Shown piece after piece: positions 1 through 13,034 of a DNA stretch of 64,000 nucleotides. The first letter of the stretch is position 1. Each line of letters begins with the position of its first letter. Source of the stretch: Lama glama. Its lineage: Eukaryota. The notes beneath the pieces were generated by a model, which was not told the origin of the DNA, searched no databases, and saw nothing but the letters and a program-made list of their open reading frames with translations. The position numbers and the translations under genes are program-made. The stretch is from the NCBI GenBank assembly GCA_028534125.1, contig CM052816.1:14882001-14946000 (forward strand), given 5' to 3'.

Positions 1-860
1 TCTTCAGGGTTTTTCTCCAGAAAATATGCCACTTGGGCGTTGTACCCCTCATCTGCATCAGTGGCGGTCACTTTGAGTATCTGGGTGCCTACAGGCATAT
101 TCTCTGGAACACTTACACGGTACTCTGGCTGTGTAAAGACAGGCGCATTGTCGTTTACATCCTGGACCACCACGCGGATGCGGGAGGTGCCAGATCTGAT
201 AGGGTCGCCCCCGTCCAAAGCCACAAGAATGAGGTGGTGAACGGCCTCTTCCTCACGGTCAAGGGAGCGTTCCAGCACCAGCTCCGGGTACTTGTTCCCA
301 TCCATTCCTCTTCGCACGTCCAGGGAGAAGTGGTCATTTGAATTAAGTTCGTACTTTTGGAGGGTGTTCTCTCCTACATCCGCATCGTGAGCGCTCTTAA
401 GAGGGATGCGGAATCCTGGCGTAGTCGTTTCACTGATTTTTAGCTCCAGTTCCTCTACTCCAAAGCGAGGGACATTATCGTTAATATCTGTTATTTCCAC
501 CTCTACTGAATAAATACTCAGTTTATCTTCCAGGAGTATGTTAAAGTTCACCAAACACCGAGCGCTCTGCGCACAGAGCTCCTCCCGGTCTATCCTCCCC
601 GCGGTAACCAAGCTGCCGCTTCGCGGGTTCAGAGCAAAGAGCTGCGTCCTACCTCTGGAGACGATGCGGATTCCGCGCTCCGTCAAGTCCTGGGGATCCA
701 AACCCAAGTCTTTAGCTATATTTCCCACGAAAGAGCCTTTTTCGAGCTCTTCTGGCACAGAATAGCGCATCTGCCCATCTCCAGACTCCCACAGGGCCGC
801 CAAAAGAAGGCACAGCAGGACAAGCCTTCCGCGGTTTGGCAACTTGAGCAGAGCCGCCAT
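1..860 (-). CDS. PCDHGA2: Protocadherin gamma-A2 variable exon, 5' part (signal peptide, EC1, EC2, start of EC3); runs off the window start
   Basis: ATG at 860 (minus) reads [52 protein letters not shown]...DREELC...DINDN. Resembles human PCDHGA2 (MAALQKLP...) and lies next to PCDHGA1. Absent from the ORF track because no stop falls in the window. Confidence 0.9.
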   Translation of the reverse strand, partial: MAALLKLPNRGRLVLLCLLLAALWESGDGQMRYSVPEELEKGSFVGNIAKDLGLDPQDLTERGIRIVSRGRTQLFALNPRSGSLVTAGRIDREELCAQSARCLVNFNILLEDKLSIYSVEVEITDINDNVPRFGVEELELKISETTTPGFRIPLKSAHDADVGENTLQKYELNSNDHFSLDVRRGMDGNKYPELVLERSLDREEEAVHHLILVALDGGDPIRSGTSRIRVVVQDVNDNAPVFTQPEYRVSVPENMPVGTQILKVTATDADEGYNAQVAYFLEKNPE

Positions 861-1107
861 TTCTTGAGCTGCAATCTTTTCTCCCAGGGAACTTCCAGCA
901 CCCAGTGCAGGATTCCTATCTTTATTCTTCAGGGTCTGAGGTGACCAGCATTGACGGGACCCAGGTCACTGTGGAGAGAACTAATGGGCTGCTGGACTGA
1001 ATGTCTTTGCCTCCCGGAAGCTTGCCGGCCAAATGCCCAGCCCTTTGTGTTTTGGGGGCCGTAATGTTTGGATTGGATGGCTCGCAGGCTTACTTCTTAG
1101 GTGGTCA

Positions 1108-1126
1108 ACAGCGACGCTCAGAGGCC
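1108..1126 (-). promoter_or_regulatory. Pcdh conserved sequence element (CSE, CGCT core; CTCF site) of PCDHGA2
   Basis: ACAGCGACGCTCAGAGGCC, 248 bp upstream of the ATG, with CTGCA module at 1137-1141. Confidence 0.85.
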
Positions 1127-1489
1127 TAAATAATTTCTGCACGCTCTCAGGCCAACCCAAGTTATTTCTTGTTACCTGCTGTGACTTTCAAGCTGCTTTG
1201 AAGAATCTTACAGTTCTATGATACCTTAGAAGCAACTCTTTCAAGCCAGGAGTCTTTTTCTCAGAATGAACAAGAATGGTGTAAACGAATGCAACTTTGA
1301 TAGTAGTTGCTAGGAAAGTATTATTGAACGCTGGAGGCATTAGTCAAGGCAACCTCTACCCTTACTCCAAACGTCTTCAGTCTCTTATTTTATACTCAGA
1401 GACAATAAGGCCAATTTCAAAACATTAGCCATATTATCTTCTAATGTTACATATTTTGAATTTCAGTGCATGATGGCTTAGCGTTAAAC

Positions 1490-1900
1490 TTCACAACCTG
1501 TATATATATGATTGAATTATCACTTAATTGGGTAACTATCATGTGCCTGACACTTTGCCTGACTGATGCTGGAGATAGAAATGCTGAGCCTGATGAACAC
1601 AGTCCCTGTTCTCAGGAAGCTTACAGGATAGGAGAAGACACAGGAAAGTAAACAGAGTATTTCAACAGAGCATCATAACTGTTAGGGTTGTTGCAAACAT
1701 GGGTAATGGGAGAATACATAGGAAGGTTATCCAGCCTAGAATTAGGGGTCAGGAAAGCCTTTTCCAGGACAAGATTGAAACTGGATCCTAAAGGGTATGT
1801 ATGACTGGATCAAGAAAGAGGCTGGAGTAGTGTTCTAGAACCTCAGTACAAGTGCTTGGAGGTGAGAGGCAGCATGGAACATCTAGGAAACAGAAGGTGG
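1490..1900. mobile_element. L2-like fragment
   Basis: Typical L2 3' text (tgtgcctgacact..., agtccctgttctcaggaagcttaca, agcatggaacat); boundaries approximate. Confidence 0.5.
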
Positions 1901-4270
1901 TTTGTTCTTTGTTCTTCTTTTTCAAGATTGTTTTGGCTACTTGAGGTCCTTTGATACTATGAATTTTAGGATGGGCTTTTTTCTATTTCTACAAAAAAAA
2001 AGGCACTGGGATTTTGACAAGGACTGCACTGAGTTGATACATTGCTTTGGGTACTTCTATGAGTTTTTGATAGATACTCTTCATCCAGTTAAGGTTTCCT
2101 TCAATTCCCAGTTTGCTAAAAGGTTTTAATCATGGGTTGAATGTTCTCAAGAGCTTTATTATGTCTCTGTTGAGATGAATATATGGCCTTTTATCTTTAC
2201 TCTCTCAAAATGGAGTTTTACATTATTAGATTTTTTATAATGAAATATCCTTGCATCCCTGTAATAAACTCTACTTAGTCATAAGCTATAAACGATAAAT
2301 ATTAAATATATAGTAGGCAGGATTTGATAATATCTTTAGATATTGAATCAACATTCTTGAGTGACATTGCACACTTCCAGTCTCATTTCAGTCTTTTTTT
2401 TTTTACCTTTTGGCTTCTTCCCCATTGAACTTTTCCCAACTTTAATCCATTCCTCTGAGAACAATGATGGAATATTTATTGGCAACAACTGGTATCAACT
2501 CACCCTGTTTTCTAGTAGAGCTTCTAGTCTGTTTTTTAAAAACTTTTCATCAACATTGTTTTGATGCTTTTGAGTCTTATTAAATAACTTCTTGGTAGCC
2601 TTTACGGCAGCTCTGTGAAGATTTCTGTTTCTTTTTCTTTGACACCTGGTTTTATTCTGTATATTATTTCCCACTCATGCTTCTTTCCTCATACTAAGTT
2701 GTTTCATTTTTTCCCAGTCTTACTTGCCACTTGCTTTTCCTTCTCTTTCCCGTTTTCCAGGTCTTTGTCTCCCCTCTACTCGTGCCTCTAGGTCTTTGTC
2801 TTTAATCAGAATTCTGGGTTTTCTTTTAGGATTTTTAAAATGAATTTTATGCCATCTGCCTAGCCTGTATTAGTCCCAGCAGTGGACTGGACAGAATTTT
2901 AATTTTCTTCCACTGGTGTCAGCTTCCACTGCTTCACCATCAAATTCTTCCTTGTTTGCATTTCAATAATTTATATTCTTCATTACTTTTCCTATTATTT
3001 TGTTTAAGTTTATGCTGATATATATTTTTGCCTTGTTTCTTGAGTGGGAAGTTAAACTCACTTATTTTTAATCATTTGTTTTTTGAAATTATTACAGCTG
3101 TCTATAAATTTACCCTTAAATACTCTTCTAGCTCCATTCCATAATTTTCATAAATAATTTTAATTTTTGTAGTTTTTATTTCCATTATGATTTTTATTTT
3201 TAATTGATTAATTAATTTTAATACATTTTTATTTCATTGTGATTTTTTAAGAGTTGTCGAAAAAGAAGAACAAAGAACTAAGTAATTTAGGGGTGTAGAT
3301 TTAAATGTCTAAACCTTTTTGTTTCTTTTTATTATTTTTAAATGTTTCCTTTGTGATTTTTCCAGCTTTACTGAAGTATAATTTAAAAATAAAATTGTAA
3401 AATATTTGAAGTACACAATCTGATGATTTGATGTGTACACATTGTGAAAGGATTCCTCCTATTGAGCTAATTAATACATCCATCACCTCACATATTTACC
3501 TTTGTGTGTGTGTGAGAGAGCATTAAAACTCTAAGCAAATTTCTTTTATACAATACAGTGTTATCAACCATAGTCTCTACATTATACAAGAGGTCCTCGG
3601 GCTTTATTCTTATTCCTCTTACAGCTGAAAGTTTGTACCCTTTTACTAATCCCTATTTCCCCTGCTAGCCAGCTTTGTGATTTAAGTACATGTTATATGG
3701 TATGTATATTATTGGTACTTTGAAACTAGCTCCGCCTTTTTTGTGTGTGATGACTATGCAGTAAACTACTGTAGATTTCCCATATTTTCATATAAAATGG
3801 CTCTTCTATATATTTGTTGTGTATAGGATTCTATACAGATCTATCAGATCAAGCTTATAGATTCTGCTGTTCAAGTCTTCTGTGTACCTAGTAATCTTCT
3901 GCCTGTGGGGTGTGTTATTTTTTACGGAACTGTGTTAAAATGTCCTGGTATTATTTTCAAAGCTATATTGTTTGGTGATAGAAGTTTGTAATTTTTATAT
4001 CTTTTTGGTTGTCTGTTCAATTATAATTATAATCAGTTCGTTAAAAAAAATGACCATTAATGCTGTTGCCTTAAACACTACTTTGGTGTTATAGTAATAT
4101 TGACATAACTGCTTTCTTGTGTGTGGGTTGTGTGTGTGTACATCTATCCATCTATAACTTTATGTTCAATTTTCCTGTATAATTGTGTTTTAAGCATGTA
4201 TCTTGTCAGCAGAATAGACGGATTTTAAAAATCATCCAAGTTGGTAATCTCCGTGTTTAATAGGTAAAAA
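1901..4270 (-). mobile_element. Old L1 fragments, including an L1MA-type 3' end at about 3360-3670
   Basis: T-rich antisense L1 text (gttctttgttcttctttttcaagattgttttggcta; catcatcacctcacatatttacc). Confidence 0.55.
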
Positions 4271-5907
4271 GTTCATTAATATATCCACAGAAGTAAAGTT
4301 TTAAATTATAAGAGCTGAGAAAATTTTAAATTATAACAACATGTTATTAAGAGTATACTCTTGCTACTAAACAGAAAATAAAAGTAAAAATAAAAACCTG
4401 AACTTAGACATACAGCAAGAATGAGGGAAATTTTTAAAAAGCCATCAGAGAAAACAAAGATTACCTAACAAACAATGACAATTTGTTGACAGAAAATTCT
4501 AATTAGCAACAGTAAGTTCCAGAAATCCCCAGGTCCCAGGCCATAACTAGGACTTCTAATGGCACTTAATGGTGTGCAAGAGTGGTATTTGGAATATCAC
4601 AACTCAAGTCTGAGAGACTTAGTGTGCATTTTCTGAAGACAGTATGGTGTTCACCTCACTCCCTTGGTTTGTAGCTTGCAAAAAGTTATCATAGGAACAG
4701 GTAGGCAACATTTTTTGATTCCTCTCCCCCCTCCACCGCCTTTTTTCTTTTACCACGTGAGGGGCCTTAATTGCTTATTTTGGATCCTAGGCGTAAGACT
4801 GGCTTAGGTCCCTTGTTTAGCCTGCAGACCTTTGTCCCTATTACACTGCTGGAACAATCTTGTGACCTACAATGCCTTCATCTAAATTCAAGACTAGAAT
4901 TCCTACTTTAGCTTTAGCCTGGCTCACCACTTTGTCCCATCTTCAGTCCGTTTAGATATTTATTTTTTATTTGTACCTTACTACGGTACAAAAGAAAGCA
5001 TCTGCTTTCTTCTTTTTATATTTTATGTATCTCTTTAATTTACTGGAGGAGAGTAAGTATATCAAAGCATGGATTCCCCTATGATGCATTTCTTACAAAG
5101 AGCTAACACACGTTAAAACGTGAATATATACTTGATTTTGTTAGTCATCAACATTACAGGCATAATATACAAGTCAGGAGGCTTCAAACTTTTTCTCAAG
5201 TTGCATGGTAAATTTTCTGTCACTCATTTTATTACTTCATTTCATAAGTTACTTAAACATTTGATGTCTTCTTGAGCATGCATAAAATATATCAAAATAA
5301 GTGACTAAACAAAGGGCTTAGATACTCAACAATGGCTTAAATTTGTAGATTACCTAGATGCCCATAATTCATATTAACAACTTAAAATACTACCTTACAC
5401 AGTCTTTACCTCTTCAAATGCCCCAAATAAAACAGCACTCCAACAGATGACATCTACATTAAAGTTAGGAACTAATTAGGCGATCTTTATAACTTAAGGA
5501 TATTTGAGAACAGTATTAGTCACATAAATACTGGTGGACTTTTTCTAGTCAAACTCAATCCTTGCCAGATAAGAGAATGGTAAATCCAGAAAAATTAAAT
5601 TATTTGGCCAGTGGTAAGCAAGAAAATGTTAAAAGCCAAATCTCCTTGTTTCTGATGTGGTGCTTTTCCCACAACCCTTCATGCCACATTACACCTACAT
5701 TATGATTAATTACAATCTCCTTTTCAATGAAAGAACAACTATTAATATACTTGGATATTAACACTTGATAATGATTTCCCAAGATTTGTAAATCGACGTC
5801 TACAAAGACATATGGGATGTAGAGAACTATTAGCAGTAAAGAGTGAAAGCAAGTAAGTAAACGCAGGAATTATTTTTATCTAGATAAACTTACTACAAAA
5901 AGTTTAC

Positions 5908-8322
5908 CTGAGAAAATGTTTCCTTTTTGTCTTCAAGTAAACATTGGGGTGCTGATAGAAAATCCTTTTTCTCACAGCTCTCCTGGCTGATGAGCGTGTC
6001 CGCATAGTTGGGCTGAGGGAAGATCACGTGACTCTTCCGCGAGTCCGCGGTGAGCGACACCTCGTGGGAGTAGGTCTGCAGGAAAGCCCGCACACCGTCC
6101 ACTCCCACGAACTGAGAGGCGGGCAAGCCGGCCAATACACCTGCAGTCTGTATGCGGGATCTGTGCCAGCGCCGCAATCTGAGCGCCAGCAGCACGATGA
6201 CAAAGGCGAGAAAGATGCAGGAGACCGCGGCGACCGCCACCACCAGGTACAGCGTGAGACGTGAGTTGTCAGGGTCGGCGGAGAGTTTGATGCTGCTCAG
6301 GTCGGCCAGGACGTCTGGGATGCTGTCAGCTACAGCTACTGTGAGCGTGGCAGTGGCAGAGAGAGGGGGCTGCCCATGGTCCTGGACCGCCACCACCAGG
6401 CTCTGCTTGAGCGCATCTCTGTCCAGCAGCGCCCGTGCTGTGCGCACCTCGCCCGTGTGCAGCCCCACCGCGAAGAGTCCTGGCTCGCTGGCCTTGAGCA
6501 GGCGGTAGGAGAGCCAGGCGTTCTGGCCTGAGTCTCTGTCCACTGCCACCACCTTGGTCACCAGGTAGCCGGGCTCTGCAGAGCGGGGTGCCAGCTCCAC
6601 GCCCGTGGAACCGTCCGTAGGCAGGGCGGGATACAGAACTTCAGGGGCATTGTCATTCTGGTCCAGCACGAATATGCCCAGTGACACGTTGCTGCTGAGT
6701 GACGGGTCCCCGCTGTCACGCGCCATCACTTTCAGTTTCAGGTCCCGGAACTGCTCATAGTCGAAGGATCTCAATGCATAAAGGACGCCAGTGTCTGAGT
6801 TGATGGAGACATAGGAGGATAGAGGCACCCCCTGGATGGTGTCCTCCGCCAAGGAATAAGTGATTATTGCATTCTCATTGCTGTCAGCATCATGGGCTGT
6901 CACAGAGAAGATGGAAGCACCTCTGGGGTTGTTTTCTGGAATGTAGGTGGAGTAGGAGTCCTGGAGGAAAACAGGGGCGTTGTCGTTGATATCTGTCACT
7001 TCCAGTGAAATGTGTGTTTCAGTAGATAGAGTCGGGATTCCTTGATCTGTTGCTGTTACTGTGATGTTGTACCTGGAGGTAAGTTCTCTGTCCATTGTTC
7101 TTTCTGTCACTAAACGATAATAACTATCATCTAACTTTTCTAGTTTAAAGGGTAGATTTTCAGGAATGGAACACGTAGTGTGACCATTGTCTCCAGAGTC
7201 CTGATCATGCACACTGATAAGAGCAATTATGGCCCCAGGAGGAAAGTTTTCTGGGAGTGCAGTGGTAACAGAGGTGATGGTCACCTCTGGAGCATTATCA
7301 TTTATGTCCAGAACTTTGATCAGCACCTTAGCTCTGGCCATGAGGCCTGCACCATCCTGAGCTTGAATTTCCATTGGATAAATTATGTATTCTTCAAAAT
7401 CCAGAGGTTCTTTATTTGATATTTCTCCTGTGTAAGAATCCAAGTGAAATATTTGCGCCACTTTGTGGTCTATGTTGTGAAATGAGTATGTTACTTCCCC
7501 ATTGGTTCCTTCATCTGGGTCGGTGGCTTTTACTGTGACCAACGGAGTGCCCAGCGACACATTCTCAGGGACACTTGTCTGGTACTGTGCTTGAGTGAAC
7601 GCTGGAGGGTTGTCATTTACATCCACTACCTGAACTCGAATTCGGAGGGTTCCTGAACGGACTGGGTTGCCCCCATCGAAAGCAGTGAGAAGGAGGTGGT
7701 GGACAGCTTCTTTTTCTCTATCTAGTGGACTCTGCAGCACCATCTCTGGCTGCTGGGACCCATCAGGTCCTTGTTGCACATCCAGGGAGAAATGAGGGTT
7801 GGAGCTGAGCTCGTAGCTCTGCAGTGAATTCATATCCACATCAAGGTCTTGCCCAAAAGGCAGAGGAATCCTGGTACCTGGAGTGGTTATTTCATTCATT
7901 TTAAATTCCACTTCCTCTAACTGAAATTGGGGAGTGTTGTCATTAATATCAATTATTTCCACCTCAACAGGGAAAAGCTTCATTTTATCCTCCACCAAGA
8001 TGTTAAAACTCACCAGACACCGCGCGCTCTGCGCGCAGAGCTCCTCCCGGTCTATCCTGCCCGCAGTTTCCAAGCTACCGCTTCGCGGATTCAGAGCAAA
8101 GAGCTGCGTCCTACCTCTGGAGATGATGCGGACTCCGCGCTCGGCCAACTCCCGGGGCTCTAACTCCAGGTCTTTGGAGATGTTGCCCACGAAGAAACCT
8201 TTTTCTGTCTCTTCTGGCACCGAGTAGCAGACCTTCCCAGCATAGGCTTCCAGAAACAGCCCCCGAAAAAGGAACAGCAGAATCAGCCTCCTGCAGCCAA
8301 GCAGCTTCACTCGAATCGCCAT
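5908..8322 (-). CDS. PCDHGA1: Protocadherin gamma-A1 variable exon (signal peptide, 6 EC repeats, TM, variable cytoplasmic part); splices to constant exons outside the window
   Basis: 814-aa ORF 5893..8337 closely matching PCDHGA1 ([25 protein letters not shown], ...[11 protein letters not shown]). Donor CAG|GTAAAC at 5908/5907. Likely start MAIRVK at 8322; an in-frame ATG also exists at 8337. Confidence 0.95.
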
Positions 8323-8550
8323 TGCTCTTTGCTTCATAGTTTTCTTCCAGGCCAGAGCAAAGGGTACTGTTTCTCTGCTATTCTGAGCCTAAATTCACCG
8401 AATTTTCAGGACAATTCAGAGCAGAAAGTGGTCCAGAAGTAGAAACTGGGCAGCCTAAGGGAGGCTGTTTTCAATCTGGCGGTGATGGAGGTTCTAAGCT
8501 TTTCCGCCTCGCGGGGTGGTGCGCGCTGCCCTTCTCTTCCAGACTGGTGA

Positions 8551-8569
8551 ACAGCGACACCCAGAGTCC
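8551..8569 (-). promoter_or_regulatory. CSE/CTCF element of PCDHGA1
   Basis: ACAGCGACACCCAGAGTCC, 229 bp upstream of ATG 8322; CTGCA at 8580-8584. Confidence 0.85.
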
Positions 8570-9364
8570 TACCCATTTACTGCACTCCTAGATAATACTT
8601 GAACTTTCTCTTCTCATTAACAGGGTCTTAATTTATTATCAAGGAAATAGTTAAGCATTACACAATGTAACTATGAAAAAGAGAAATTAGTACGTTCAAT
8701 TAATTATATCTACATATTGCTAAATTGCAACATATAGTAGAATCCCAATATTCCCAAACTATCTGCTTTCCCTGTTTGCTATTCAGGAAACATCACAAAG
8801 GGGACAAAATCATCTCTCCCTTCCTCTGTAATATATCTTGACCACTTGATAATTTCCCAGGCCATATATATGGGCAACTGCCCTCTGACAGGATGATGGA
8901 AAAAACTGAAGGGAAAAATAAACTTTTAGAGTCTAAGCGAGACTTTAAAAAATTGGACTGTCCCATTTCCTATCCATAGTTTCCAATATTTATCAGCAAT
9001 CTTGGAATTCTGAAAGACATGTTTTACCCCATCCTTTTACTCTGTATCTCTGTAATATGGAGCTTAAAAGATCTTTAATATGGACTTTTAAAAGACCTTT
9101 AATTCAGCTGAAAGTAATATATTTTGCATAAAATAACACTGAGCTCTTGGAATTTCATTAGGAAAATGTGACATGAATATCTAATTTAGATTTTATATTT
9201 AAGAGACACAAGAGGTGGTGATATTATTTTTCAAAACTGACAAGAAAAAGGCCACATCTTTATTTTTAGCCAGCCTATATTAGGATAATATATGTATTCT
9301 CCTACATTCACACTTAATATTTTCTCCAAGATAAATTGGTTTTCTAAAATAGGAAGATTTTGAG

Positions 9365-9555
9365 GAGAGGAGGGTATAGCTTAGTGGTAAAGTGCATGCT
9401 TATTAGCATGCATGGGGTCCTGGGTTCAATCCCCAACACCTCCATTAAATATATATATATACATACACACATACACACACACATATATAAATGAACACAA
9501 TTACCTCCCCCTTAAATATATATATATAAATGAACACAATTATATCCCCCCAAAA
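9365..9555 (+). mobile_element. Vic-1-like tRNA-derived SINE with duplicated tail
   Basis: gagggtatagcttagtggtaaagtgcatgc (A box)...gggttcaatcccc (B box); tail unit ataaatgaacacaatta..ccccc occurs twice. Confidence 0.75.
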
Positions 9556-10165
9556 GATATTTTTAAAGTTTTTAAAAATCAAGATTTAAAAACTAGATTG
9601 CTTTCCTTCTTTTACTCATTGCAAAATTAGTAAAAAGTTACTAACATGTCTCAGCCTAGTGTGATTTATTTATCTTTACCCAAAAGTTAGGGAAGAATGA
9701 TCTTTGCATTCCAGAGACTGACATTTTTCAGAAACAAACTGGGCCAGATATTGGCAGCCAACCCATGGGCACGTGAGTGAGAAGGGTCTGGAAAACGATG
9801 AAAGAAAGGAAACAATCGAAGGCCAGAGAACAGTTTTTGGAAAGAGAATAACCAAATCTATTATTTTCTCAGCTTCTCGAAGACAAGTATAATGGAGCCA
9901 AAGAGCAGACACATAAAGATGCAGTGAACCTCCCTCAATATTGCAAGGAAAGAACTCTTTAGCAGGAAACATAACGTTTCAGAACATGCATTATTAGGCA
10001 CAACGTTTGGCCCAAAGGAATTTTCTGGGCCAATGAAACAAATCAAAATACACATAGAAACTAGCAAGTAAACTTGTAGAGCTCCCCCTTTATCCCCAAA
10101 TCCAACAAAAACCAAGCACGACTGCTTACATCAGGATATTTATGAAATAAAGTGTTAAAACTCAC

Positions 10166-12348
10166 ACATAAACATTTGAACCCAATGTAATATTTACAGC
10201 TTCACTGCTGGCACTATGGAAAACATCCAGTTGAAAGATGTTTCTAAGTTACCCTGAAGAAATTAAAGACTGCAATATCTGAAGCCACATATAGACTGTA
10301 GGAATAGGGCAAATCTTTTCCTGAAATGGAAGCAACTACAAATCCAGGCTTGGTCCACGGACCAGGCTGAAAGCAGGGCTGGAGGAACATCACAGGCACC
10401 AGCCAGGTGATGACCAGAATCACTGCCAGGAGGAAGAACACAGAGACCAAGTAAAACTGTAGCTCTGGTGGCAGGTGCCAGATGGTTGCTGAGGTACAAC
10501 TGCAACTCCTGCAAACCACAGGCAAAGACCAGCTGCAGCGTGATGACTGTCGTCACTGAGCATGGTAACCAGCAAGCCCCAGAGAGCTGTGTCTGTCACC
10601 TGCAGTGCCACAGCACGCATCCCATTCTTGCGTATCCTCAGGTTGAAGAGTCAGAGCAGGTGGTGTGAAGCACCTGATAGGACAGTCAGGCATTGCACCC
10701 CACTCAGTACCCACCTTGGCAACCAGGCTGCACAGTATATGGTGCCCATGGAAGAGAGACACAACTTTCGGGTGCAACTGCCAGCATAGCATCTTCTGCG
10801 CATTTTCACAGTGGTAGTCCACCATTACAGGCAGGCCCAGAATGACACCAAGCCCAGTCGAACCCTGGTCATGGTTGCAGTCAGCTCAAAGGTAGGCTGC
10901 GGTAAGCACTGTTGCGCTCTGCACTCAGTGACATGTTGGACAACAGCACCCAGGTTGCTGGTCAGGAAGAAAGAAGAGGCACTCGGGCTCCAAGTTCAAG
11001 GTGGAAGCACTAACACATGCAACAGAGGCTCTTGGTGAGTGTTCCTGGTCTCCAGGACTATAGTAGGCCTGTTGGAAAACTAGAGCATTTTTGTTAATCT
11101 GGGTTGTATGCAGGCTGATGCATGCATCAGAGGAGAGGGACAGCTTGTTCTTGTCGGTGACATGGAAATTCTGATTCTGCTTCCAGTTTAGAATTCCATC
11201 TGTCAGTAGCTTACAAAGAATTCCACAGTAATTCTTAGAGATGAATTGTTGGCTGTCTGTTTGTTACTCTTTACAATATCTTTCACTTGTCCCTTTAAGC
11301 AAGTCTCTTGAGTCCTGTTGTTCTGGTAAGTGCAACCACAGTTCTCATCTCTAATAGGACTAGATACCCAGTTGAAAGTCACCTGCACTGCATTATGTTT
11401 CCCAACCTCCATTTCAACCAGGATTGGGCCCTTAACTGTCTCCTGTCCTCTTCTACATCATAGAAGAGGCTACGATGTAACTGTCACTCTTCAAAATCAA
11501 AGATGGTGCTTGCTGTTATAGGATATATTCTCTATATCCTGTGGGACTGTGTGGGAAGTACAGGAGAACTCTACCTTAAGGGTATCACCTAGGTCAGAAG
11601 GGATCACCTGAAGAATGTAGACAAGGAGGTGGAAAGCACGTGCTCCAGAAGGCAGACTCTGCTGTACTCTTTGTGGTTCAGTATGGGAGGGCTGGCTCTG
11701 GCATCCAAGATCCGTTTCATTCTCTGAGCTGTTCTGCTTCCTTCCCACCACTAAGTGGTGGCAGCTCTGCTCCCCCAGTCCCAATTTCTCTAATAACCAG
11801 GAATATTTACTGCCCTTGTGCTCTCTTCTACTTCTGGCAGTGGGGGAAATGGTTAATTGAAACTAATCTGATAAATTTGTAGAGAATTATTTGCACCATC
11901 CATATCTACTGCAGTTTAGGAGTAAACTTTGCTCCTATTAAGATGTTTTCCCAGAATTTTCAAAACAAAATGGCCGCACTAAAAGCCTTAGGTTATTTAT
12001 ATCCAGGATAAAAATACATTTATATGAAAGGCATTTATAGGATTTCCAGTTAAGTTTTCAGGTTCGAGGAGCCTAGGGACTTCCTTTGGCCTACCAGCTA
12101 GATCTATCCTGTCATTGTCTTGTTCCTCCCTGCTCTCTTTGCTGGCGGTAAAGACAGGCTTCTCAGCACTCACCCATGGTTCTGGTCACTGAGATGTAGA
12201 TCTTTAGCAAAATTGTCCACTTTTAAATCCTTGGTTATCTCTTCCAGAATCGGGAATCTTGCAGCGCATCTACTTCGCAGTTCACTAGAGTGAACATTGA
12301 CAGCAGGAAGGAAAACAGTGCTTCCTGCACTCTTGCGCCCTTCCCAGT
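10166..12348 (-). pseudogene. Decayed gamma-B-type protocadherin variable exon
   Basis: Fragments ILEEITKDLKVDNFAKDL (EC1), SLVAKVG (EC6), PELQFYLVSVFFLLAVILVI (TM) and CFQPG..LPYSYSLYVA..FNFF (gamma-B tail). Many stops and frameshifts. Putative donor GTGAGT at 10165-10160. Confidence 0.85.
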
Positions 12349-12618
12349 GGGAGGACCTCTTTCTGTGTCTTCTTGATGCTGCTTCGTAGGTCTGAATACA
12401 TCTTGCTGCGATTGCTGCCGGGATACCAAAGTGCACTGGAAAGATAAGGCAGCGGCTCACCCAGAGTTGCCAGACCCATATATTTGGAACAGATTCCGGG
12501 AGAGACGGTGTGCAGAGTCCCTTCCTGATGTGTTTCTCGAAAGTCTGCGGGGATCGGGGATCGCTGCGTCAGAAACGCCAGTGGATTCCTTTGTTTCACT
12601 CTAGCCACGGACTGGCCG

Positions 12619-12637
12619 ACAGCGGCACCCAGAGGTC
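12619..12637 (-). promoter_or_regulatory. Intact CSE/CTCF element upstream of the gamma-B pseudogene
   Basis: ACAGCGGCACCCAGAGGTC in a small CpG-rich patch, about 270 bp from the decayed start. Confidence 0.8.
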
Positions 12638-13034
12638 CAGGGCGATATCTACCGCCTGTTATTTCTGAAAGTCCTCACAGGAGACTGGATTTGCTTTATT
12701 TCTGGGACTTCCTTTACAGTACTGGTTGGTTTAGTACAATGGCTACGAGTCACTATTTCTTTTTGACAAAATATGAATAAAATGCTCTTTCTACAAAATT
12801 TAAATCAAAATTTTAATTTATTAAAATTGATATCCACTTAAACATTCTTACAGAATTTCCCTCTTGACATTTCCTTTTGAAGAATACTATTGAAGCTTCC
12901 TTTTCTTAAAAAAACTTTTTTTTGAACCCAGGACTTCGTGCATGCTAAAAATGAGCTCTACCACTGAACTACTGCCACCTCCAACCCACTCCTACCCACC
13001 TATCCATACTGTTAAAAGACAAATATACTTTTTC

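Noticed and set aside
9365..9445. tRNA gene
   Set aside because: A/B boxes present, but it has a SINE tail and dispersed copies (also about 12920-12985, 34638, 34945)
10247..10256. CAGG|GTAACT as the donor of the gamma-B relic
   Set aside because: Falls within the FNFF..T cytoplasmic motif; the expected exon end is about 85 nt further on
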